This document shows positions 23,906 through 34,300 of a stretch of DNA of 64,000 nt, piece by piece; position 1 is the first letter of the stretch; the number at the start of each line of letters is the position of its first letter. A program made the position numbers and the translations under genes. Where the stretch lies: assembly GCA_002269645.1 (NCBI GenBank), contig NIVC01003423.1:1-64000 (forward strand). Reading direction: 5' to 3'. The notes below the pieces were generated by a model. That model was not told where the DNA came from and searched no databases. It saw nothing but the letters and a program-made list of their open reading frames with translations. This stretch comes from Macrostomum lignano. Lineage: Eukaryota.

Positions 23906-24567
23906 AATAATTTATGGTGCCGTGCTTTGTACCAAACTTTTTGTTTAATATTTTCTGCTTTCTCTGTTCTGTTATAAATATCTATAAACAAAATTTTGAT
24001 GATTTGCACAGCTTAGTGTTTCTTGTGCCGCTGAGCCACTGCACTACTATGAGTAATATGTGTGCATGCACCTTGCTGTGTGTGTGAGTCGCATTCGATC
24101 AAAGTAGCTATAATGATCGAAGGCTGTTTGCCCGATCAGAACCTGGCATCATTCCTTGTTTGTGGCCCGCACTTTGCTAACTCCCAAAATCATTGCTAGT
24201 TGCACAGTTAGCTGTTAATAATAACATTTATTAATCCTTCGTTTAGTTTTATTGGCATTTTTGTCCCGGCAACATACTAGAATTCCTTTTAGCTCATTCT
24301 CCATCCGTAGCCGCCCCAGCTGCTTCCAGATCCAGGTCTCAACACCGAGAGTGGCCTTGTTCAGCTCTATAGTTGGCTTTTTATGTTTTATGTTTGTGCT
24401 TTTGTGTTCAGTTCGATTTTAAATGTACATAGGCGCGTGAATTCCACCTAAAAATATAATTTTACCATATAATAACCATTTCGTGCTGCAAAGATCAACT
24501 TCTTGTGCACTTTGTTGTCACTGAGCTAAATGGCCATGGCATTGTTCTTTGTGGATGCTTTGTATCT

Positions 24568-24656
24568 GTAACACTTCAGTAATACCCCACCATCACATCT
24601 GTAACACTTCAGTAATACCCCACCATCACATCTGTAACACTTCAGTAATACCCCAC
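24568..24656. repeat. Left part of the 33-bp minisatellite TCTGTAACACTTCAGTAATACCCCACCATCACA interrupted by the gypsy element
   Basis: The same unit resumes at 35721. Confidence 0.9.
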
Positions 24657-24872
24657 TGTAGACTAAGGCAGAGAGATACAACTGAGAGTTGACGAAGCCT
24701 CTTGGCGTTTATTAGATCGATACGCAGGTTAAATACGATACAACGATTGTTACATAACTGGGTATAAAAGATAGAGACAGGGGTGGGTGAAAAGCACATA
24801 CATGCTGTACAATAGCAACCCCCACCCCACTCTAGCGACTGGCGCATACAAGTACACTTGCAACTCACTACA
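24657..24872 (-). repeat. 3' LTR of the gypsy element (216 bp)
   Basis: Identical to 35505-35720 except for 2 transitions; contains AATAAA on the minus strand. Confidence 0.95.
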
Positions 24873-25089
24873 ATCATACATGCGCAACAGTCGGCCGAGT
24901 CGGCCGATCCGGCCGACCGATTTGGCGGCCAACCAAGTAAGTCGCAAAATTGATTAACCGCCAAAAAAAACGAAAAAACAAAAGACGAAAAAGGGGAAAG
25001 GAAAAGGAAAAAACGAAAAAAAGGGAGCAAAGAGAAAGAGAAAAACACAAAAAGAGTTGTAAGTGCTGTAAGTTGCAGCACTGAAGACA

Positions 25090-25992
25090 AGGTAAGTCGC
25101 ACCGAGGGCGAGCTAAGTCGCACCGAGGGCAAGCTAAGTCGCAGCAGGACCGAGCTAAGTCGCATCGAGGGCGAGCTAAGTCGCACCGAGGGCAAAATAA
25201 GTCGCACCGAGCGAGAGCTAAGTCGCACTAAGTCGCAGCAGGACCGAGCTAAGTCGCACCGAGGGCGAGCTAAGTCGCAGCAGGACCGAGCTAAGTCGCA
25301 CCGAGGGCGAACTAAGTCGCACCGAGCGAGAGCTAAGTCGCACTAAGTCGCAGCAGGACCAAGCTAAGTCGCACCGAGGGCGAGCTAAGTCGCAGCAGGA
25401 CCGAGCTAAGTCGCACCGAGGGCGAACTAAGTCGCACCGAGCGAGAGCTAAGTCGCACTGAGGGCGAGCTATGTCGCAGCAGGACCGAGCTAAGTCGCAC
25501 TAAGGGCGAGCTAAGTCGCACCGAGGGCAAAATAAGTCGCACCGAGCGAGAGCTAAGTCGCACTAAGTCGCAGCAGGACCGAGCTAAGTCGCACCGAGGG
25601 CGAGCTAAGTCGCAGCAGGACCGAGCTAAGTCGCACCGAGGGCGAGCTAAGTCGCAGCAGGACCGAGCTAAGTCGCACCGAGGGCGAACTAAGTCGCACC
25701 GAGCGAGAGCTAAGTCGCACTAAGTCGCAGCAGGACCGAGCTAAGTCGCACCGAGGGCGAGCTAAGTCGCACCGAGCGAGAGCTAAGTCGCACCGAGGGC
25801 GAGCTAAGTCGCAGCAGGACCGAGCTAAGTCGCATCGAGGGCGAACTAAGTCGCACCGAGCGAGAGCTAAGTCGCACTAAGTTGCAGCAGGACCGAGCTA
25901 AGTCGCACTGAGGGCGAGCTAAGTCGCAGCAGGACCGAGTAAGTCGCAGCAGGGCCGAGGTAAGTCGCAGCAGGACTGAGTTAAGTCGCAGA
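25090..25992. repeat. Subterminal array of ~21-bp units built on TAAGTCGCA inside the hAT element
   Basis: About 45 units such as GAGCTAAGTCGCACCGAGGGC / GAGCTAAGTCGCAGCAGGACC. The same core occurs next to both TIRs. Confidence 0.92.
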
Positions 25993-26340
25993 GCATCTTT
26001 AGGATTATTAGGATAGGATTAGTTTAGGATGAATTTAATGTATCACTTACTAGGGTGTAGGCTACGTGTGCATTAACGCATCAATTTGAAAAATTAAGAA
26101 TTACGAAGCCAGAAATGGCTAAGGAATAGAAATAGGGATAGAATAACTTATAAGCAGTAATTTTTCAGCCCTATTACAATTGCAAATCATACTTTTAATA
26201 ATATTTAATTAGCAAATTAAAACTGCAAGATTCTAACGGTCTTATATATGAACTTAGAAGAACTGTAGTCTTAATGATTATGCATGTACCATTGTAATAA
26301 TTGATTAAAATTGTAGCAGATTAAAACTGATAAAAAACTT

Positions 26341-28735
26341 TCAAAATAGTCCACTTAGCAAATCAGAATCAGAATCTTTAATTTCCTCGTCTACGTTGGA
26401 TTCTTTTTGCCGTTGACCTCCAGGAGCATCAGAACGCCAGTGTTTTTTCAGCCAATCATTGACATAAATATCCGGCTTAAATTTCATCAGCGGAGGCCCA
26501 TTTATTCGAATCCGTAGTAGATGCTCCAATGTTTTTGGTGCCAAGCGTGTTCTCCTGTCATAGGCAATGTGCTTATAGATAGAAAACCCTCTTTCAGCCT
26601 CAGCTGATGATATTGGCAAAGTTAACACAACCATAATTAGATTCTTTATTCTGGGCAGCCATTCAACAGTTCTTGTCTCTAGAAAGTGATAGAAAGTGAC
26701 TCCAAAATTTCACCGGACCTTTGCCTTTGTAGGCACAGAAGTCAACACTATGCGAAGTGATCAAACTTTTTAGGAGTAGACCGAACTGACCAGAGATTGT
26801 CCTTTCTGTAGCGCGTTCTGAAGCATCTGCATCTCTAGAGTCTGAATCAGAAAGATGGTCCTCTGTTTCAGATTCAGAGCTGTCATCTTCCATTCCAAAC
26901 CGTCTAGCAAGAGGTATGATTCTCGAACTGTATGTAAAGACAGTATGTAATGTTTCAGCATTAGGCAATAACACTGGGTTGAGCACATTAAATATTGAGT
27001 AGTCATCCTCAGGAAAATAATTACGCAGCTGATCAATTATGCTATCAATGATTCGACTGCGAATCTCATCCAGTGCTGGATAAGCTCCCATGTCAACAAC
27101 ACTGCCACGTCCACTAGCATCAAATAATCTATTTCTTAGAGATCTGTCTGCAGCAGAACCTGGTTGCTTCAACTCAAACCTCTCTGTTGGATCGCTGCTT
27201 CCAGGGCCGGAAGGACAAGCAAAGTTAGAATAAGATAGGTCTCTTGTGTGACATCCTGAATGGTATTCCAGCTGCGGATATCCATCTGCAGTTCCCAAAA
27301 CTCGACGACACTTGCAGGAAGCCAAAAAGTCCACAATGCGAGGACCATTGTTCGTTTTTAAGGTTTCTAGTGAATGGATAAGGTTAGTGTGGCGTTCTTG
27401 CAAGCCAATAAATGTACCCTTGGCTCTTTGAAACTGCAAGGACTCAAATTCCAGTAATTTTAGAATGTCCATGAGAAATAGATGTAATGAATAATACCGG
27501 ACATTTTGCAATGTTTTCAATAATCCAGAGGCAGTTGCTTTACTTTCGTCATCAAAGCCTGAGGAAGGTGATTTGATATTTTCTAAATTTGTCAGAAGCA
27601 AGTAGTACGACTTTCGAATCACATCAAGAGCAGACACTTCCGATGCAACCCACCTGATGCGATATATTCTTTTTAATTCATAGAAAACCAAGTTGAGTGC
27701 TTCCGAAGTTTGTGCCAAAGATGCCTTACGTTTAACAGTGTGGCTCATATAAAATTTGTGTAGAGAATTTATATTCTTATCGAGATGTTGCATAAATGGG
27801 AAGATTTCAAAGGCATGATAGATTGAAAGTTCTAACTTATGCGCTGCACAATGGTGCTGAAAAAATTGTTTGCTAGCCCAAGGCCTCAGTTGACTTATTA
27901 ATCCCACTCGACTTCCTGTCATTACGGATGCACCATCAGTTGTCACCCCCATAGCCTTCGTTTGATTTCATCTTCTAGCTTGTCATCCGAAAATAAACGG
28001 ATGAGAAGTTCATAAATGCTTCGTCCAGTCTCTACTTCAGTCAGACGTTTAAACCGATAAAAAAACATCAAAGGTTGGCTGTTTTCAAGAACTCTGAAGT
28101 ATATCATGACGTAGCTGTTTGAATGAATATCAGACGTTGTATCTAGTACAATAGAAATCGGAAGATTGTCAGCACTTTTAATGTAATTCACAAATGTCCG
28201 ATGCATTGTATTACTGATTGATTCCACCATTGCTGCGGCACTTTTGCGATGCTTATGATGGCTCCCCATATCCAACCCATTTTTTACTTGTAAATCAATC
28301 ATATTTGGATGAGCACTGAATGGAATATTAGATTTGACTTCGGCATAAACTGTTGTCAAAACTCGGGCTGTTATTTCATCTCGTTTAGTTTTAGCTAGTC
28401 TAGCGGCCTCATTCATCTGTTTGAGTTGCTTTGCAAGAACTGAAGTATGTTTTTCCTTCATCCACTTTATGGCGTCACTGTAAAGTGTATTTGATGAATG
28501 TTCCTGTAGTTTTCTTCGTACGCTATCTTTTGCATGACCTTTGGGAATGTAGCCTTGTTCTGTTGCAAAAGTTAACTTACGTTGGCTCTCTAGATTTGTC
28601 TCCTTTTTCTTATGTGCATTCAAAAATTTTCTGCAGATCCGACATTGTATTCCAGATCTTGATAGATCTTCGGTGTTTTGAACATATTGAAACCATGTCT
28701 TCATTTCTTGTGACACAAATTTTCTTGAAAATGAT
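26341..28735 (-). pseudogene. hAT transposase, broken by a 1-nt deletion (~27950) and a 10-bp tandem duplication (26680-26699)
   Basis: Motifs CRIC; ISIVLDTTSD (D1); GVTTDGASVMTG (D2); HHCAAHKLEL (CxxH); IRW; TLPISSAEAERGFS (hATC, catalytic E). Adding one G to a G5 run and removing one TAGAAAGTGA copy gives a continuous ORF. Confidence 0.9.
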
Positions 28736-28904
28736 CTGCAATGGTCAAATTAGAGAATATTTTGGGATTTGGACTATTTGTGAGTATCTAAAAGCAATAT
28801 GCTAATAAGTGCAATACACAGTACACTATACATTAATTTACAGTTCGTCAGTTTCCATTTACTTACTGTGACTGGTGCATCTCCAAAGAATGTAACCACT
28901 CCTC

Positions 28905-30494
28905 TCAAAAACCAGATGTATCCTCCCAGTCCTTTTTAGGGAAAACTTCAATATTTTCGCCCATCATAGAGGAAGACGAGGGCTTTGATGCTGAAGTGGC
29001 TAGACATGCGTCTGCAGATGTGCTTATGCATGGTATTTTTCTTTGCGATGGCCCTGCTTCTGCAGTATTTACTTGTACTATTTCAACATCACCTGAACCC
29101 CTTGAGTCGCTCGAATCTAAATCAACAATAGGACTTTGGCAAAGTGATCGTTTCGTTGATTGTCTTTGAATATTTACTTGCCTAATAATTTCCACTTGTA
29201 GTTTGCTTGTTTGCTGGTCATTCTCCAACAACTCTCTTCTTTCCTGTACATTTGCAGCAGAGCAAAAATTAGAAGTTTCTGCAGCAGCAGTTTGAACAGC
29301 ATGATCTCGATTAGCTGCTATTTGCTCTGAAAATTCATAGGACCTGGCCAATTCACTACGGTGTGAGCTTTCAGAACATGGAGCTGGAGCAGGAGCTAGT
29401 CGCATTTCGATTCTTTCTGTTGCTGATGAAGCAGATGCTAATGCTGAGTCTGCCAATGTACATGCTTCTCTTGAAGGTGTATTTATGATGGCTTCAATAT
29501 TGTCCTCTAAAATCCAATGAGCACCTGAGCAGTCATTTTCTCTACCTGGAGTCAACTGTCCAAGTTTCCACCTTGTAAAAAGCAAAGGCTTTCGTAAATC
29601 ACTGCCGGATTCAGGGCACCGGTTTATTGAATAGTCCTCATGACCAAGTTCATCCCATTCTCTTGCTGGCTTTAAGATGTAGTTGGGCTTGTCTCTTAGC
29701 CTACGATAAATGGACTCAAAAAATGTGCACCTGTTATTTTGCGTACTTCGTGCATAGATGATCATGTAATGCACATTGTTCCTAATAATTTCAGCTAATG
29801 AGTTATCAATGATAATTTTATCTTCATAAACAGGTCTTCTTTGTGTTGCATGCATTTTAGCTAGTCGCAGTTTTCCAATGCTACTGGCAGTTGTGGAACT
29901 TGAACTGTCCGATTCTGATCTAGAAAAGTCTCGTTGATACAAGAGAATAATGGCCATAGCACTTTTACCATTCCCATTCTTTAATGCATTTGGTTCTGTT
30001 GGAATTGTCTTACTAGCAGACTTGAAAAAATCAATGATGGATGACTGCGATGATCCACTAGGAGCGGAACTTGGCAGCCCATGTCTAGTTTTTCCCTGAT
30101 ACCCAATAGATGTATCGGTAAAAAACATATCTGCTGCTTCCTGCTTCTCTTTTGATGCAATAACAAAGAAACTGCTGTCCGTTTTGAAGCCCGAGGACCG
30201 ATAGAAGTCAGCAGAAAATGAAACCACAGGTCGTCTAAAATCGCCGCTATATTCTTGAACTCCAATCAGAAGAAAATCACGGAGTCTCACTGGCACTGAT
30301 CCTAATAGCATTGCAGTTGTGGAACAAACTTTCTTCAGCTCAATGAACTCTGAAAATTCTTGAGATCCAATATTAGGCTCATCAGTATTTAACTCATTTA
30401 TAACAATTGAGCACTCACTCTCAGCTAGAATACCATTGATAGCTAGGATGCCACTTAGAATCAGTAGGCAAAGACAACTAAGGCTGTACATCAT
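28905..30494 (-). CDS. Signal-peptide plus lamin-tail-domain (LTD)-like protein carried in the hAT element, 529 aa
   Basis: ATG 30494 follows a TTTCACAG acceptor. Hydrophobic leader MMYSLSCLCLLILSGILAINGILA; IVINELNTDEP...EFIELK (LTD start motif); YSINRCP...LTPGRENDC (a motif that typically closes LTD modules); then a disordered linker. The ORF is directly seen; the domain call is by eye. Confidence 0.75.
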   Translation of the reverse strand: MMYSLSCLCLLILSGILAINGILAESECSIVINELNTDEPNIGSQEFSEFIELKKVCSTTAMLLGSVPVRLRDFLLIGVQEYSGDFRRPVVSFSADFYRSSGFKTDSSFFVIASKEKQEAADMFFTDTSIGYQGKTRHGLPSSAPSGSSQSSIIDFFKSASKTIPTEPNALKNGNGKSAMAIILLYQRDFSRSESDSSSSTTASSIGKLRLAKMHATQRRPVYEDKIIIDNSLAEIIRNNVHYMIIYARSTQNNRCTFFESIYRRLRDKPNYILKPAREWDELGHEDYSINRCPESGSDLRKPLLFTRWKLGQLTPGRENDCSGAHWILEDNIEAIINTPSREACTLADSALASASSATERIEMRLAPAPAPCSESSHRSELARSYEFSEQIAANRDHAVQTAAAETSNFCSAANVQERRELLENDQQTSKLQVEIIRQVNIQRQSTKRSLCQSPIVDLDSSDSRGSGDVEIVQVNTAEAGPSQRKIPCISTSADACLATSASKPSSSSMMGENIEVFPKKDWEDTSGF

Positions 30495-30938
30495 TCTGTG
30501 AAAGATTAAGTCGAGTATATGATTTTGGTGATAAAATAAAATTGATTTATGAGTATTACTATATAAATAAAACATTTAAAAGCCCTTACCTTTACCAATT
30601 CATGTACAGAAAGTAAGTGTAAATACAACCAATTGCCTTGGTAGTTTAGTTATATGCTCGTATCAGATGCAGGCAGACAGCATAGGCTGCCAAGGTGCTA
30701 TAAGTTAAGGTTAACTTTCACTATTTGGCTTTACAGACTGCTTTTATCGCTGCATGCATTGACTTAGCCTTAGCTTGTGCCATCATACTCATACAGCTAT
30801 ATATACATATGTATCTCTGCCACTCCCCACTTTTGCAACCTTACACTGTACAATCATGCCTAAAACACTCCGTGTCAAGTGTACTGTTCTAGTGCCACAT
30901 GGGGTACAAATACGATTAGGAATGACAAGAGTCAAAAC

Positions 30939-31225
30939 CATACATGCACAATAGTTGGCCGATATGGACGACTGATTTGGCGGCCAACCAAGGTAAGTTG
31001 CAAAAATGCCCACCCAAATAAATACCAAAGTAGTATTAAGTAGCTGACGAGGCATTTTGCCTTAATAAAGACAGTCATAGTTACTCCTGCCGTTTACCCA
31101 AAGTTGCGTTGATTTTGCTTTCAGGTTTTTTTCATGTAAGTCGCATTTTTGGCCGAAAACTACGTCGCATTTTTGTTAAAACTAAGTCGCACGGCCGACC
31201 AAATTTTGGAGGTTGCGCATGTATG
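30939..31225 (+). mobile_element. Internal MITE-like unit of the same hAT family (diverged left end plus the shared right end)
   Basis: CATACATGCACAATAGTTGGCCGA...GGCGGCCAACCAAGGTAAGTTGCAAAA resembles the 24875 terminus and is collinear with the MITE at 48140. It has no matching TSD of its own. Confidence 0.7.
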
Positions 31226-31387
31226 ACTACAATCCTCCCCGGCGAAAAGGATCAATAACATTCGAACGAATAATTCGAAGGAAACATAAGAACAGTAAAA
31301 CATTCGAAACAATATTGGTATAAAGAATTTCTCGCTTTCAAATAATTTGCAACAGTCAGTAGAACAGTCACTGAGTCAATCAAAAAT

Positions 31388-34300
31388 TCAACCGGCCACA
31401 TAGCGATCCACCGGCATCCGCCTACGCACCGGGTAGCGTCTCGGGGGCGGCTCCTCGTCCGCCTCATCGCCGCCGTGCGCCGCGTGCGCAAAGGGCGGCT
31501 GCAGGAAGCGCTCTCCGTCAGGGACTGGCAGTATCCGCGGCCGCAGACGATTCACATTCACCCTGCGGGTCCGGCCGTTCTCGATCTTTCGAATTTCGAC
31601 TACCAGATCCCGCTGCGACAGCACCTGCCAGCCCGGCTCCCAGTACGGCGCCAGCTTGGAGCCCCTCAGCTCGATGCGCAGCAGGACCTCGTCTCCAGGA
31701 CTGAACGTGCGCAGCTGCCCGGTCGACCTGTCGTAGCCGCTCTTTTGCTCGCCAGCGGCCTGCACCAGATGCTCCTCGACAAACTCTCGAATTCGCAGCA
31801 GGTCGCCCTCGAGCTTGTCGGCGTAGGTGCGCACGTCATAGAATCGCCTGGACTGCTGGCTGATGACCAGCAGGCTCGGATCGCGCCCGGTGAACACCTT
31901 CAGTGGCGGCAGCTGTGTTGAGCAGTGCACCCGGGAATTGTAGGACAGCAGGATCAGTGGCAGCTTGTCCTCCCACTCGCTCTCTCGCTCGGTGAAACAC
32001 CTGAGTAACTGCAGCACTGACTTGTTGCCCGACTCTGCTAATCCGTTGCCTTTGGGATTGTAAGCCGTTGTTCTTGTCTTCGTGACTCCCAGGCCTCGCA
32101 GAGGGTCTTGAAAAAGCTGAGACTCGAAATTCGGTCCTTGATCGGAGTGGATGACTCGGGGAAGTCCAGTCTGGGAGCAGATGGAGAGGAAGGCGCGAGC
32201 AGTAGTCTCAGCAGTCTGGTCAGGAATCGCCACGGCCGTCAGGTACTTGGAAAATTGATCCTGAGCCACCAGCAGGTATTTGTTGCCGCGCGATGATGGC
32301 GCCACCTTGACGATGTCGATAGCCACAGAATCCCACGGCGAGCCGATTGGCAGTTCTCCGAGTGGCGAGCTGGGCCGCGAGCCCGCTTTCTTCTCCTGAC
32401 AGACAGAACAACTCTGACAGTGTTGCACGATGTCTTCAGCCATGCCGGGCCAGTAGGCGGTCAGTTTCAGTGTGCGGTAGCATTTCTCGGCTCCGAAATG
32501 ACCTCCCAGACCTTCGTGAGCGTTGGTCAAAAACTGTTGTCGAAGCCGTGCTGGCACCACTGGAACCTCCCGCAGGCCGTCCGGGTCATTGAACTTGCGC
32601 AGTAGAACACCGTCATTATCCAGCTTCAGCTTCTTCCAGATTCTGCCGAGTTGCTGCAGTGGCCCTGCTCGCCATCTGGGTGCAATTTCTGCGTCCTTGT
32701 CCATCGCCTGAATCACCTGGCTGAGCTCCGGGTCATGTCGCTGCGCAGTTTTGAGCTCTTCAGTGTCGATTTCCGGAGTCAGCTGCGTAGCTGCGACTTC
32801 TTGGCCGTGCAGTCTGGACAGCGCGTCAGCATCTGTGTTCTCAACGCCTCTTCGGTACTTGACGGTGAAGTCGAACTCTTGAAGCAGCAGACGCCATCGT
32901 CCTAGCCTGCCGTAGCTGTCAACTCTCTGTGAATCGATGTAGGTGAGCGGGCAGTGATCCGTGTGCACCGTGAAATGCTTGCCGAGAAGATAGTGGCGAA
33001 AAACTTTGAATGCGTGCAAGATGGCCAGGCACTCATTTTCTGTCGCAGAGTATTTCTTCTCAGCTGAATTGAATGCGCGGCTTGAGAACTCGATCACCGC
33101 CTCGCCTTGCTTCAGAATTGCACCGACTCCGCTGCCACTGGCATCCGTGAAGACTGAGAACTCCTTAGTGAAATCCGGGTTCACCAGGATCGGAGGACTA
33201 ATTAGGCACCTTTTGAGCTCATCGAAGGCCGTCTGGCATTCCGAAGTCCAGTCAAATGGGACGCCCTTGCCAGTCAGATGGTGCAGCGGTGCGGCGATGA
33301 CAGCGAAGTTGGCTACATGGCGTCGGTATTGGTTGCACAGGCCGATGAACTGACGCACCTCCTTGGCTGACCTCGGCTCTCTCCACTGCTGAATTGCCTC
33401 CAGCTTCTCCTGGCTGGGCTGGGCACCATCCTTTGAATACCGTGTGCCGAGAAAGGTCACTTCGGGTACCGCGATCTTGCACTTGGAGCCTCTTAATGTC
33501 AGTCCGGCTGCTCGAAGTCGCTCGAAGGTCTCTCGAAGTTGCCGCAGATGATCCGACTTGGTATTTGAGAAGCACAGGCTGTCATCGAAGAACGTGAAGA
33601 TGAAATCGCAGCCGTTGAAAACTTTTGACATTAGCATGCAGAATGTGCTTGGGCCCCCCGACAGACCTTGGGGCATTCTCTTAAATTGGTACAGCGGCAT
33701 CCCTGGTCCCGGACAGAAAGCAGTTTTTAGCTTGTCTTCTTCTGCCATCGGAATTTGAAAATAGCCTCCATTGAGATCCAACACAGAGAACACTGAACTG
33801 CCTGCGATTCGATCTCTTGCCTCCTCCATCAACGGAATTCCCTGTGCAGAGCGAATAGTCTTCTTGTTGATCTCTCGATAGTCTATGGTCAGGCGGAGAC
33901 TGCCATCCTTCTTTGTCACGTACACCGGTGGGGCCACGTACGGACTTTCGCTCAGCTCTATCACGTCGTTCTCCAGCAGTTCCTGAATCAGCTGCTCTAC
34001 CTTCTCCCGGTAATGCACAGGCATTCGGCGCGGTGGCACTCGGACAGGTACTTCATCCGAGAGAACAATTCGGTGCTGTTGCAGATGAGTTAGTCCCGGC
34101 TTTTTCTTGAACAAGTCTTTGAACTCCACCAGCAGCCGTTGTACATCAGGGTCATCGGTAGTCGGCAACTCGAACTCTTCACAGCTGAACTCGGGGACGA
34201 GTGCGTCTTCGATGTCAACTGGATCGCCGGTGTCAGCCTGGAATCTGGTGCTGCAGACTTGGCCGGCTTCTTGTGAAGATCCTGTGAAGTCCAGCTGCAA

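Larger units (their letters stand above)
24875..31225 (-). mobile_element. hAT DNA transposon (6351 bp; ZNF862/KIAA1586-like transposase plus cargo/fusion ORF)
   Basis: Perfect 14-bp TIRs CATACATGCGCAAC...GTTGCGCATGTATG. Perfect 8-bp TSD ACTACAAT at 24867-24874 and 31226-31233. hAT transposase motifs inside. Confidence 0.93.

Noticed and set aside
28905-28907. UGA as selenocysteine
   Set aside because: No SECIS identified and no redox-motif context.
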